A DNA stretch of 64,000 bases, taken from IMG/VR virus record IMGVR_UViG_3300027967_000093, one strand, 5' to 3'. Source of the DNA: a virus. The position numbers and the translations under genes were made by a program. This document shows, one piece after another, positions 43,317 through 53,253 of the stretch. Numbering within the stretch: the stretch's first letter is position 1; every line of letters begins with the position of its first letter. The notes under the pieces are model-generated. The model did not search any database. It saw only the letters and a program-made list of their open reading frames with translations, and was not told the DNA's origin.

Positions 43317-44237
43317 ATGTCTTTTGCAAATCTAAAAAGTCGCTCTGCCGACATCTCAAAACTTGTATCTGCCGCTCAAGAAGCATCTGGTGCAACTACC
43401 AAAACCAACAAATACGATGACGAACGTAAATGGAAACCTACTGTTGATGATAACGGTAATGGTTATGCCATCATTCGTTTCCTTCCTGCGACCGAAGGTA
43501 TGGACATGCCTTGGGCACGTTATTGGGATCACGGATTCAAAGGCCCTCAAGGTCAATGGTACATCGAGAAATCTTTGACTACCATCGGTCAGAAAGATCC
43601 TGTGTCCGAACTGAACTCACGTCTGTGGAACTCAGGTATCGAAGACGACAAAGAGACTGCACGTAAACAGAAACGCCGTTTACACTATGTGTCGAATATC
43701 TTGGTTGTTAACGACCCAGCTAACCCTTCGAATAATGGTAAAGTATTCTACTACGAATACGGTAAGAAAATCTTTGACAAAATCATGGATTTGATGCAAC
43801 CACAATTCCCAGGCGAAGAACCTGTCAATCCATTTGATTTCTGGAAGGGTGCTGACTTTGAACTGAAGATTCGTAATGTTGCGGGTTATCGTAACTATGA
43901 TAAGTCGGAGTTCAAGTCCGTTTCTGCATTATATGAAGCGGATGAGACTCGTCTCGAAGCAACATACAATCAGATGCACGACCTCAATGAGTTCGTTGAC
44001 CCTGCTAACTTCAAGTCATACGAAGAGTTAGAAGGTCGTCTACAACTAGTATTGGGTACTGCGGTAGGTCATAACGTCACTCAACGTAATGAGGCACTCA
44101 CACAGACTGCTGAATCAAACGTTGGACGTTCTGCTCCTGAACCTGAGATTGTCTCTGCACCTGCACCTAGTGTTGGTGCTGCGGATGAAGAGGATGACAC
44201 CCTGTCCTACTTTGCCAAGATGGCTCAAGAAGACTAA
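43317..44237 (+). CDS. 32: single-stranded DNA-binding protein gp32
   Basis: DERKWKP..D..GNGYAIIRFLP, GKKIFDK, NYDKSEF, acidic tail LSYFAKMA. Confidence 0.95.
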   Translation: MSFANLKSRSADISKLVSAAQEASGATTKTNKYDDERKWKPTVDDNGNGYAIIRFLPATEGMDMPWARYWDHGFKGPQGQWYIEKSLTTIGQKDPVSELNSRLWNSGIEDDKETARKQKRRLHYVSNILVVNDPANPSNNGKVFYYEYGKKIFDKIMDLMQPQFPGEEPVNPFDFWKGADFELKIRNVAGYRNYDKSEFKSVSALYEADETRLEATYNQMHDLNEFVDPANFKSYEELEGRLQLVLGTAVGHNVTQRNEALTQTAESNVGRSAPEPEIVSAPAPSVGAADEEDDTLSYFAKMAQED

Positions 44238-44242
44238 TCAAG

Positions 44243-44266
44243 AAGGGGACGCAAGTCCCCTTTTTT
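44243..44266 (+). terminator. Rho-independent terminator between convergent genes
   Basis: AAGGGGAC-GCAA-GTCCCCTT plus T run. Confidence 0.85.
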
Positions 44267-44269
44267 ATG

Positions 44270-46417
44270 TTACATTGCGTAGTGATAAGTTCTATCGTTG
44301 TTATCAACAGTCGGTAGGTTACTGTCTATAATCGCAGCAGTCGACTGACTATTGTTAGTGACGTTTGATTGAGACGGTGCACTAATAACAACCGGAGAAC
44401 CACCCTTCGCAAGGTTCTTAGACATTTCATCTAATTCAGCACCACGATTTGATTTATCAGTACCAATACCTTCTCTCTTACGGAAGTCTTCTAACATCCT
44501 TTCGTTGATTCCTAACAGAAATCTTGCACCGTCTTCTTCTAACGAGGAGTGACCTGATTCTTCTAGTGCTGAAAGTTCTGATTTTGAGTCAGCGACACGT
44601 TGAAGAAGTTCGGCCTCGGTATACTTTCTACCCAACAACTCTTCATCTGATTCAAGAGCGGACTGTTTTCCTTTTACCTGACCATTATCGGTTTCCTTCG
44701 TCTTGCTATCGATCGCACCATCAATCTCGTTGTCGATGTCACCGGCAGTCTCTTTCTTAACTTCTTTGGGAGGAGGAACAGGTGCATCCACAAACTCATA
44801 CAGTGCATTTGGTACAACTTTTGCTAATATACTATCGGGGTCTGGTAGTAGAGACCGGACAAAATCTTTCATTTTCTGTGCAGCCATAGACGCAAAGTCA
44901 CCGAGACCACTAAACATGTCACCAATGTCAAAACCTTCTAGTAAAGACATCAAACCATCCATCGCCTTTGCAGGTAGTGTCTTGACCCAATCGATAACCT
45001 TGTTCATCTCGTCCGAGAAACTAAAACTCTCGAGAGACTTCTGCATATCAGTGGCACCGAATAACCCCAGTAATCCACTGAGTCCAGTCTTCATTAAGTC
45101 AAGGAATCCTGCATATAGTTTTAATGGAATAGTGTAAACAAACTCTATCAATCCACCAAAACTAAATCCACCTTCGAAAGGTTTCATGATGTTAGCAAAG
45201 ATGTTCTTGAGGTTGTAGACGATACCATCGGTAAACCCTACAAAGAAGTCTGATATACCATCACCAATCTTTTGGATGATTCCAGAAAAACTAAACGAGT
45301 CAAGAGCCTTAGAGAAGTTCTCGAATCCGAGTTTACCTGCAATCCACGAAATCAAATCTTTGATTAGGTCGAGTGGCATACCTATAAGTCCCTTCACAAC
45401 ACCTGTGAAGATACCTACGAAACCACCAACCAGTTTATTAAAGAAACCTTCCTGACGTTTCGCACCTGCAAACATACCCTTGATACCATCGATGAGACCC
45501 ATGATGATAGTAAGAGGGAATGCAACAAAACGACCGATGAATTTAAACGCACCGAAGAACTTACCTAAAGCTTTACCTAACTTAGATGTAGATTCCCCAA
45601 CACCACGGATACCCCTCATGAAGTTCTGGAATGGTTTAATTAACTTTTCACTGAATAAGTTTTTAAGTCCTTTGAATGCATCCATTTCTTTAAATGAAAC
45701 GAAGTTTACCGCAATTGATTGGACAACCTTAAATGCCTTAACTATACTAGAGACACCTTGACCAACTGTTCGGAAAAGTTTTTCAAAACCATTCAGTGAA
45801 CGAAATGTACCATTCACAGACCTAGACAATCCCTTAACACCGTTCATACCAGCCTTAAACGAATTTGTTAGGTTGGTGAATATACGGGTGACATTCTTAT
45901 TGAATTTAGTAAAGGTATCTTTTATAAAGGTTGACACCTTTCCGGCAACTCCTTCTAGAGGAGAGAAGATATTCTTCAGTCCTTTGATTGCCTTAGAATT
46001 CATCAACTTTTTAACTTGACTATTAATCACAGAACGTAGACTAGCAGTGGCAAACTTAATCATGTTGCCGATACCCGCTGCGATACCAACCACAAAACCT
46101 GCAAGTGACGCACCTATACCAGCAACTATCTGAAGGATACCTTTTAGTTCAAAACCATCATCCTTCTCTGGACTTTCTGGTTTTGTTTTATCGGGGGCAG
46201 AAGCACCAGACTTACCGGATTCTCTACGTTGTTCTTCGGCATCTTTAACGCCGTCAGAACGCATACCTCGGAATTCTTCCAGAAGTTGACCCACAGTCTT
46301 TGTAAGTTCCTGTGAGTTCTTTGTCTGTGTCTTTTGCTCATCGAAATTCGCGCTATGATACTGTGAGTTTTCATACCGCAATCTTTCTATCGCATCGAAT
46401 AGTTGTACTTCTGCCAT
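44270..46417 (-). CDS. tail tape-measure / baseplate hub protein (gp29-like)
   Basis: long G/F/I-rich amphipathic helical repeats; position after gp26/gp51. Confidence 0.7.
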   Translation of the reverse strand: MAEVQLFDAIERLRYENSQYHSANFDEQKTQTKNSQELTKTVGQLLEEFRGMRSDGVKDAEEQRRESGKSGASAPDKTKPESPEKDDGFELKGILQIVAGIGASLAGFVVGIAAGIGNMIKFATASLRSVINSQVKKLMNSKAIKGLKNIFSPLEGVAGKVSTFIKDTFTKFNKNVTRIFTNLTNSFKAGMNGVKGLSRSVNGTFRSLNGFEKLFRTVGQGVSSIVKAFKVVQSIAVNFVSFKEMDAFKGLKNLFSEKLIKPFQNFMRGIRGVGESTSKLGKALGKFFGAFKFIGRFVAFPLTIIMGLIDGIKGMFAGAKRQEGFFNKLVGGFVGIFTGVVKGLIGMPLDLIKDLISWIAGKLGFENFSKALDSFSFSGIIQKIGDGISDFFVGFTDGIVYNLKNIFANIMKPFEGGFSFGGLIEFVYTIPLKLYAGFLDLMKTGLSGLLGLFGATDMQKSLESFSFSDEMNKVIDWVKTLPAKAMDGLMSLLEGFDIGDMFSGLGDFASMAAQKMKDFVRSLLPDPDSILAKVVPNALYEFVDAPVPPPKEVKKETAGDIDNEIDGAIDSKTKETDNGQVKGKQSALESDEELLGRKYTEAELLQRVADSKSELSALEESGHSSLEEDGARFLLGINERMLEDFRKREGIGTDKSNRGAELDEMSKNLAKGGSPVVISAPSQSNVTNNSQSTAAIIDSNLPTVDNNDRTYHYAM

Positions 46418-46423
46418 TTTAGT

Positions 46424-46618
46424 TTATCCGTGATTCATTTGTTCTTGTTTTATACGGTCGTTTTCTTCCTTCACATAATCAATTAACATACTAACGTAAA
46501 TCTCCCTTTCCCACGGCATCATCATGTCTAGTTCTGTCAGACTGTAATGATGATGTTGCATTAACGAAAAATTGGTCTTATAATGATTGACCAAATTATC
46601 GTGAGAAAGGTTTATGAT
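46424..46618 (-). CDS. gp51-like ORF, probably expressed as a -1 frameshift extension of gp26
   Basis: ...LSHDNLVNHYKTNFSLMQHHHYSLTELDMMMPWEREIY; no RBS before ATG 46561; frame open back to slippery site. Confidence 0.7.
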   Translation of the reverse strand: MINLSHDNLVNHYKTNFSLMQHHHYSLTELDMMMPWEREIYVSMLIDYVKEENDRIKQEQMNHG

Positions 46619-47316
46619 AAAAAATCGCTAATCCCTTTCAAGGTTGTTGAGTTCGGGTGATTACACTTCTCGCAGTCAAACTCCACATCTTTATTCAGTG
46701 AAGGCATGTCCTGCAAGAACTCTGACACCTTTTTAAACTGGTCGGTCGTCATCTGTTCGATGAAGTCCATAAGTTCTTCTTTCTTAACATCCCGTGTGTC
46801 GATACGTTCATCTTCAGTAAGGATGGCTGCAATTGATTGACCTAACATTTCAAAACCAAGTTCGGTTTCATTACCTTCTAAGTCCATACCAATAACTGTT
46901 GCGTATGTCGGGTACTTCATCTCCACACTAATACTCGGAGTCAATTCAATGATGTTAGAGACCTCCGGAATATCAACGTGAATCTCTGATAGTACGATGT
47001 CATTCTCGTTCTTGTGTCCGCACCCACTGCATGGGATAAGAATAGTTGCGACTTCACCTACTGACTTCGAACGTACCTGAGTGAATAGGAACTCGATATC
47101 AAAGGTACTAAATTCTTTAATGTTGATATCTTCGGTGATACATGCCTGTAGGGTATCTACAATCGCACCCAGTGCTGCCTTTTGGTCACCTGTTTCAAAC
47201 GCAATCATCAACACCTTTTCTTCTTTCACCAAGTACGGACGGTAGGTGACTGTTTCACCTGTCGAAGGTACTTTGGTACTATAACTCGGTGCTGAATTTA
47301 ACTTAGGTAATGCCAT
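46612..47316 (-). CDS. 26: baseplate hub assembly protein gp26-like
   Basis: MALPKL...YRPYLVKEEK...FDIEFLF..RSKSVGE..CSGC...CEKC...GISDFL; GGAG RBS. Confidence 0.85.
   Translation of the reverse strand: MALPKLNSAPSYSTKVPSTGETVTYRPYLVKEEKVLMIAFETGDQKAALGAIVDTLQACITEDINIKEFSTFDIEFLFTQVRSKSVGEVATILIPCSGCGHKNENDIVLSEIHVDIPEVSNIIELTPSISVEMKYPTYATVIGMDLEGNETELGFEMLGQSIAAILTEDERIDTRDVKKEELMDFIEQMTTDQFKKVSEFLQDMPSLNKDVEFDCEKCNHPNSTTLKGISDFLS
46618..46624 (-). other. -1 ribosomal frameshift slippery heptamer U-UUU-UUA
   Basis: GAT TTT TTA TCA TAA on minus strand; -1 frame continues into gp51-like coding. Confidence 0.65.
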
Positions 47317-47331
47317 GATATTCTCCAATAA

Positions 47332-48069
47332 TTAACTTAATAAATTTCCAAGTAATCCTGCACCCGTTCCAAGAATAGAACGAGCGGTGGATTCATTTTG
47401 GTTTGTAAACTTCCCAACTTCACTTTCCCAATCGGTGAATGATAATTGTACTGTCAACTCCATCAAACCTTCTTGTGCATTACCCAACGCTTGGTCATTC
47501 AATGTGGTCGGATAACACTCTTGTAATCTACAAGTAAAGGTTTTCTGTTTGTCGATTTGTCCACCGAAGTCTATCTCACCTTGAGATAAATCCACCGGCC
47601 CCAAATCTGGGAGTCTGTTCTTAATAAAACTCGGAACTTTGTCCAAGAATTTTAGTTGTTTCTTATATACCCCAAATCTAATTCCACGTTCTACTGTGGA
47701 GATTGTTACAGGATATGTATACTCATCGAAATAACCGACTTCTTTGGTGACAGGGTTATGCGCCTCTGCTTGCCATGCTTCGAAGTACTGACGAACTATG
47801 TGGTTATTTGCGACTAAGAAAGTGAGAGATATGTCAGTAGTCGCAAAACCACTCGCAATCTTACGCATGGTCGTTCCTATCTGATAGTCCTGAGACATTA
47901 TCTGTCGGCCAGGAAGTGCAGCAGTAGTACACATTAGGTTCAACTCATTTGCATCTACCTGATATGTTCTTAACTGGGGCAACTGAATCATAAACTGATT
48001 CGCCATTGCCATACCACCTGACTGCGATAACTGAGACTTTAAGTCTTCTATTCCGAACCCTGCACTCAT
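47332..48069 (-). CDS. tail tube initiator / gp19-gp54-family protein
   Basis: GGMAMANQF, AALPGR, YFEAWQ, VGYFDEY, ECYPT, LTVQLSF. Confidence 0.65.
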   Translation of the reverse strand: MSAGFGIEDLKSQLSQSGGMAMANQFMIQLPQLRTYQVDANELNLMCTTAALPGRQIMSQDYQIGTTMRKIASGFATTDISLTFLVANNHIVRQYFEAWQAEAHNPVTKEVGYFDEYTYPVTISTVERGIRFGVYKKQLKFLDKVPSFIKNRLPDLGPVDLSQGEIDFGGQIDKQKTFTCRLQECYPTTLNDQALGNAQEGLMELTVQLSFTDWESEVGKFTNQNESTARSILGTGAGLLGNLLS

Positions 48070-48650
48070 CGTATCATGTTCCTACTGTCGTAATAAACTT
48101 TATAATTGTTTGCCTTGCGGAACTGTGCGGTTGGTAGGAATACTGCAATCTCCCACTCGGGTGCTGGCACTTCTGCAAAACTACTTTGTACCTGACTAGA
48201 GAGGTAGTGTTTGATACATGGTTTAAAGTATCGTAACTTTGAACTCTTCTGCAACATACGATACGTCAGAGCAAACTTCGCATCTTCGGTCATCTTACTA
48301 CCCTGTATATCCATCAAGTTTGAGAAGAATTGTAATCTCAATCTAGGAGGTAGGTAGTGTAGATTCAATCCTAAGAATCCACCCTTCGCAGGGCCAATCA
48401 CAATAACCAAAGGAAACGCATCGTAGTACGGTAGTTTGTCTTTATGTTTCGGGTCGTAAGAGAACATGTACATACCACCAATAACCTGTGTCTTCCGATT
48501 CTTGATGGGGTCTTCTTTCATTAGTTTATCGCGGTCAATCGAACGCATGTTCTTTGCTTTCGCTTGGAACCATTTACGTGACTCTTCGGTGCGTGGTGTA
48601 ATACCCGCACGGAATGCCTGTCGTTCTAACCTGTTAAAGATGTCTGACAT
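48066..48650 (-). CDS. 2: DNA end protector protein gp2
   Basis: YDPKHKDKLPYYDAFPL...GFLGLNLHYLP...KPCIKHYL...LPTAQF. Confidence 0.9.
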   Translation of the reverse strand: MSDIFNRLERQAFRAGITPRTEESRKWFQAKAKNMRSIDRDKLMKEDPIKNRKTQVIGGMYMFSYDPKHKDKLPYYDAFPLVIVIGPAKGGFLGLNLHYLPPRLRLQFFSNLMDIQGSKMTEDAKFALTYRMLQKSSKLRYFKPCIKHYLSSQVQSSFAEVPAPEWEIAVFLPTAQFRKANNYKVYYDSRNMIR

Positions 48651-48675
48651 CTACCTTCCTCTAATTCTCTTCCTT

Positions 48676-48683
48676 TATTTATA
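48676..48683 (-). promoter_or_regulatory. T4-type late promoter (minus strand)
   Basis: TATTTATA upstream of gp2. Confidence 0.65.
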
Positions 48684-49260
48684 ATGTTTTTCCAACGTGT
48701 CCCCAATGTTTTTCGTTGAGGAAAAAGTCGGGTTTAAGGAAGTTGATGAAGGTTTCAATCGAATCCTTTTCAATATCATACTGTAGGAATTTATCGTTGT
48801 TTTTAAAATAACTTAATACATTACTATGGTGTTCGTCTCGGTCTTTCTCGAACCAATCTATCATTTCATCATCGTTCAGACCCCAGTATTGTTTGCACCG
48901 TTCAATATATGCGCCTTTCTTATGTCTTTTCTTACTCAATAACCAGTCATACATGTTTCTTGTTTGTAAAATAAAATATGCATCTGGATACTCTTGGTGA
49001 AGTTCACGGTAGAACTTGACACCATCAATCCACATATTCTCTCGGTGCCAGAACATATCACTGTATGCATGTGCATCGTCCATCTTGTGGAGTATGGGGT
49101 AGAAGTTATTGACATTCTCTAACATTTGGTCTGCAAGTATTACTGCCCGTCCATCCCATGCACAACTGTAGTGATGAGAGACATAACCAGACTTCTTGAA
49201 CAACTGGTGAAATGATTTGGTGGCACACCTGTTCATACCGATAAAAAAGACTTTCTTCAC
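48679..49260 (-). CDS. sulfotransferase-family protein (Sulfotransfer_4-like)
   Basis: KVFFIGMNRCATKS; YPDAYFILQTR...WLLS. Confidence 0.7.
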   Translation of the reverse strand: MKKVFFIGMNRCATKSFHQLFKKSGYVSHHYSCAWDGRAVILADQMLENVNNFYPILHKMDDAHAYSDMFWHRENMWIDGVKFYRELHQEYPDAYFILQTRNMYDWLLSKKRHKKGAYIERCKQYWGLNDDEMIDWFEKDRDEHHSNVLSYFKNNDKFLQYDIEKDSIETFINFLKPDFFLNEKHWGHVGKTL

Positions 49261-49766
49261 TTCTTAGGTTTCCTGTAGGGTTTCATTTTCTTCAAGGGTT
49301 TAAATTGTTTTTTACCGAGTGGCTTCGGAAGTATTCCTAGACTTCTTAATTCTTTTTCTGTCCATATCTCGAAGTGCCATCCTCGGTCTGCAACATACTT
49401 CTCGGTTGCATTCCATTTACTCATGTTCTTTATATAGGTCATTGTTTCGGTAAGTACTTGTCGTCTCGGTCTACCAACACCGGACTTAGGTTTTACCGTT
49501 TCTTTGTGTGGTTTGACCTCAATCAATACAGTACGGCCGTCTTTGTACTTGACCATAAAATCCATAAAGTATCTGTGTGGTCTTTTGTCTGTCTCGCATA
49601 TATAAGGTATAACAATCTCTTCACTAACCCAACCAACAACATTAGGGTTGTCGTCTAAGTATATACAGACCGACCTTTCCCACCCCGAACGATATACAAC
49701 ATTCTTGGGGTCACCAAGATACTTGGATTCATTCCTAACTTTGTATTTTCCTTTGTAAGTTTTCAT
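49257..49766 (-). CDS. 4: head completion nuclease gp4
   Basis: MKTYKGKY..N..KYLGDP..VVYRSGWE...SEE..IPY...HRYFMDF...IEVKP...TEKEL. Confidence 0.9.
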   Translation of the reverse strand: MKTYKGKYKVRNESKYLGDPKNVVYRSGWERSVCIYLDDNPNVVGWVSEEIVIPYICETDKRPHRYFMDFMVKYKDGRTVLIEVKPHKETVKPKSGVGRPRRQVLTETMTYIKNMSKWNATEKYVADRGWHFEIWTEKELRSLGILPKPLGKKQFKPLKKMKPYRKPKK

Positions 49767-49800
49767 ATAAATAGTTCTAAAGAATTTACACCTATTTATG
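49766..49800. promoter_or_regulatory. divergent late promoters (TATAAATA + 49766-49773; CATAAATA - 49793-49800)
   Basis: between divergent gp4 and gp48. Confidence 0.6.
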
Positions 49801-49811
49801 GACTTAGTTAA

Positions 49812-50834
49812 ATGGCAGAACAAAAGAAAGAACCCGTACAGTTTCGATACCCTATAGACAACAGCGAATATAGAGCATGTGTCGTTTTCTCTCTGTTTAC
49901 CCAAGAACCAACGGACGATGCTACCCAAGAAAATTATGGTGCACGTGTCGCAAGTGGTGAGAAGGATGTCGAAGCACTGAGGAAACAATACAATCAGTTG
50001 TTAGCTGACATTAGGGCATCGGGTAAGTCCGAGTCTGAATTCAAAGAAAAGAGAGATGCGCTTATTGCACAGATTCGGGAACTTGAGAACAGTATTACTG
50101 TATGGAAGGGTCTTGACGCATCTAGTGCAAAGGGTAAGTCCATTAACATCTCTGGAAATAGTGTAAGATTGTATATGCCTCTTGGTCTCGCATTCCGTGA
50201 TAACGTAACCTACGAGAACTTTGACCTTGGTGCAACTGGTGCTGCGATGGAAGCAGGTTCCAGTTTTGCACAGTCCATGGTGAAAGGGGTAGGTTCTTTT
50301 GTTCAGGGTATTACTGGTTCGTCTGGTGCAGATGTTGCAAAACTTGCAGGTATTCAAGTTGCGTCTAAGTTTGGTAGTTTCGCAGATGAAGCAGTTGCTG
50401 CACAAAAGATTGTTGGGGGTGTGACACTTAATCCTAACTCACGTACTCTTTTCAAACAACCTAATATACGTGACTTCTCTTTCTCGTTCAAGATGATTGC
50501 AAAGTCCCCCGAAGAGGCCGCGATGATAAATGATATCGTTAAGTTTCTTCGTACCGAACTGTATCCAGATGAAATTAGTGTGGAAGTGGGTGGTACATCA
50601 CTATCACTAGGTTACAGGTTCCCCAACAAATTTAATATCGAATTTGATTATAAGGGTGACCCAATTAAGGGGTTGGCAAAAATACAACCGTGTTATTTGC
50701 GTGAAGTATCCACCACCTATAATGCCACTAATATGGCAATGCACTCTGACGGTAACTTCATGGAGGTAGACATGAACCTGTCATTCCAAGAAACCAGAGC
50801 GCTTACCCGCAAGAAAATTGAGGAAGGTTTTTAA
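49812..50834 (+). CDS. 48: baseplate tail-tube cap gp48-like
   Basis: RYP, LYMP, NPNSRTLFKQPNIRDFSFSFKM..KS.EEA, LSFQE. Confidence 0.8.
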   Translation: MAEQKKEPVQFRYPIDNSEYRACVVFSLFTQEPTDDATQENYGARVASGEKDVEALRKQYNQLLADIRASGKSESEFKEKRDALIAQIRELENSITVWKGLDASSAKGKSINISGNSVRLYMPLGLAFRDNVTYENFDLGATGAAMEAGSSFAQSMVKGVGSFVQGITGSSGADVAKLAGIQVASKFGSFADEAVAAQKIVGGVTLNPNSRTLFKQPNIRDFSFSFKMIAKSPEEAAMINDIVKFLRTELYPDEISVEVGGTSLSLGYRFPNKFNIEFDYKGDPIKGLAKIQPCYLREVSTTYNATNMAMHSDGNFMEVDMNLSFQETRALTRKKIEEGF

Positions 50835-51898
50835 TGTCGTACTTTAAGAATTTCAATCCTGCACTGTATAAGTTTGGTAACGAGACATCATACTCGTTAA
50901 CTACCAACCTGACACAGTACGTAGACCTGATTGACGAAATCAAATCGCAGTCCTTGTTTCTGGATGACTACACGATACCTGTCAACGAACGACCAGACCA
51001 GACATCATTTCGTTTATACGGTACGACCGATTACTACTGGACATTCTTCTTAGTCAATGACCATATCCGAGAGAACGGATGGCCACTGACACTTAACGAA
51101 GTAGATACTGCGGCACGTAAAAGATATCCTCATCGTATGGTCACCGTCCAACTACAACAGGCAGATGTAATTGATTATTATGATGATGACAATCTTCCTA
51201 TCTTTCGTACTAAGATTGTAGGTACTGCACCTGACCAGTTTGCTGTAGGTACTACCGTGACAGGTAACGTCTCTGGTACACGTGGTATCATAATCAAACG
51301 TGACCTATCACTAGGCACTTTTGTTATCGACACTGAAAATGTAGTAACTAGGTCTGAGGTCACCGACCAAGTTGTGGTACCTAACTCTAATGGCATACTT
51401 GAACTTACACGTACAGATATACTAGAGGCAGAGACATTTACCAGTCCTTTGTTGTGGACATTAATTAAAGATGGACAATCAATCAATGGGTACACTGTAG
51501 AGGTCGACTCATTCGGTAGAACCGCAACAATATCTAACATACCATTTGACCCCAATTCGACTTATGCATTGACATACTTTATTAACACTAAGAACTTGAC
51601 TGACGGTACATTCACCGCAGGAGAAGAGTTATCATATACCAATCCTGCCGGTACATCTACCTCTATGGTTGTGTACGGAGAGATGCCTCAGTACTTGGGT
51701 ACCCATCACTACGAGGATTCTGATGGTAACTGGATTGACATTAATCCTTTATCTCAGGTCAAACCTTCTGGTGCTGTTGAAGTTACCATGAAAGATTACC
51801 TCAATACGAAGAATGAGTTACTAAGACAAATCAAGTTAATTAAACCTAGTGCAATTAAAGGTATAGTCAACGATTTCGCTGAATTAATGAGAGAGTAA
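50834..51898 (+). CDS. 53: baseplate wedge gp53-like (with insertion)
   Basis: MSYFKNF, ERPDQTSFRLYGTTDYYWTFFLVN, WPL, HHYED, NELLRQIKLIKP. Confidence 0.8.
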   Translation: MSYFKNFNPALYKFGNETSYSLTTNLTQYVDLIDEIKSQSLFLDDYTIPVNERPDQTSFRLYGTTDYYWTFFLVNDHIRENGWPLTLNEVDTAARKRYPHRMVTVQLQQADVIDYYDDDNLPIFRTKIVGTAPDQFAVGTTVTGNVSGTRGIIIKRDLSLGTFVIDTENVVTRSEVTDQVVVPNSNGILELTRTDILEAETFTSPLLWTLIKDGQSINGYTVEVDSFGRTATISNIPFDPNSTYALTYFINTKNLTDGTFTAGEELSYTNPAGTSTSMVVYGEMPQYLGTHHYEDSDGNWIDINPLSQVKPSGAVEVTMKDYLNTKNELLRQIKLIKPSAIKGIVNDFAELMRE

Positions 51899-53253
51899 TG
51901 CAAAGACAACAACAGTTTAAATACCAAGTTGCGAACATCACATCGGACAGGTCTGACCTTATTACAGACATCCGGTCGTTGATTATCGAACTTGTATTCT
52001 TTGAGTCACTGGACAAACCGTATGTGACGGGTCAGATTGCTATCTCTGATGACCAAGCCGTATTTGACTCTATGGGATTCTCGGGTACCGAACGACTCCA
52101 TATCAAAATGTTAACTGAGTTGGGTTCTTCCGAAGCAGAGCAGGTCGTGATGGATAGGTCGTTTTTGTTAACAGGTATCGAGACAATTATTAAATCCTCT
52201 AACTCCGGTGGTTCGTCTATCTATGTATTCTCGTTCATGGATGAACATGCACTTGTTTCTAAAACGAAGTCTATCTCACGTGCGATACGTGACAATATTA
52301 GTACTGAGATTTTAAAACTATGTCAGAACGAAGTAGGTAAGTCAGTAGACCTATCCTATGCAAATGATTCTATCCAGAATAACTTCAAGGGTGTCATACC
52401 TTATATGCGTCCTCTCGAGGCTGCATCGTGGTTAACCCAAAAGGCAACTACCGAATTAGGTATGCCATTTTTCTTGTATGCATCTATCCATGACCAGAAC
52501 CTAAGACTAGGTAGTTTAGATAAGATGTTACAACAACCTGCATGGAACAGAGAGATTCCTTTCTTATTCTCTCCTGCAAATACACAGAAACAAGAAGAAG
52601 ACGGTGACCCGACTGCACAGTACTTCCAAGTACAGTCAATGAAGTCAACCAAACTACAGAACACTATGCAACAATTGATGTCGGGTGGTATTGGTTCTTT
52701 ATATACGGTCACTGATATTGCAAGTGGTCGAACAACTGCACAACACTTCAGTCTTGATAACCTGTTAGAAAAGGCAGACGATAACGGTGCGATTAATAAG
52801 TCTAAACAAAACATATATGATGATGCATACCGAACACCTGATTACGAAGAAGTGAATATTAGTGGGAACCATCTTCATGATACAAATGCAGAGGTATTCC
52901 ACACCATAGTATCGCGTGGGGTATATGGTGACCGTAAGAGTATTAGCGAAGAAACCACTCCATCGATGTATCTCAAGAAGATTGAGAATCTTGCACTTAG
53001 AAATGCGGTGTTCAAAAACATGATTGATGTGACAGTGCCTGGGCCAGGATTCATTAAGTCCGGTGGTACCGTAGGTGATAAGATTCGTATCAATGTTCTG
53101 TCTGACGACAATGACCCTGATACTGACAACAATCTTGACAAACTTAGAAGTGGTGACTTCCTTGTTTATAATACAAGACATACATTTAAAGACACTCGTC
53201 ATGATGTTGCAATGACTGTATTCAAATTAGAGAGAGGGCCGAACGTTGATTAA
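51898..53253 (+). CDS. baseplate hub protein (gp27-like position)
   Basis: FESLDKPYVTG.I...GTERL; VPG; SGDFLV...RHTF. Confidence 0.55.
   Translation: MQRQQQFKYQVANITSDRSDLITDIRSLIIELVFFESLDKPYVTGQIAISDDQAVFDSMGFSGTERLHIKMLTELGSSEAEQVVMDRSFLLTGIETIIKSSNSGGSSIYVFSFMDEHALVSKTKSISRAIRDNISTEILKLCQNEVGKSVDLSYANDSIQNNFKGVIPYMRPLEAASWLTQKATTELGMPFFLYASIHDQNLRLGSLDKMLQQPAWNREIPFLFSPANTQKQEEDGDPTAQYFQVQSMKSTKLQNTMQQLMSGGIGSLYTVTDIASGRTTAQHFSLDNLLEKADDNGAINKSKQNIYDDAYRTPDYEEVNISGNHLHDTNAEVFHTIVSRGVYGDRKSISEETTPSMYLKKIENLALRNAVFKNMIDVTVPGPGFIKSGGTVGDKIRINVLSDDNDPDTDNNLDKLRSGDFLVYNTRHTFKDTRHDVAMTVFKLERGPNVD

Noticed and set aside
49767-49988. N-terminal extension of the 243-aa gp4 ORF call
   Set aside because: Overlaps gp48 on the opposite strand; gp4 similarity begins at MKTYKG (49766)
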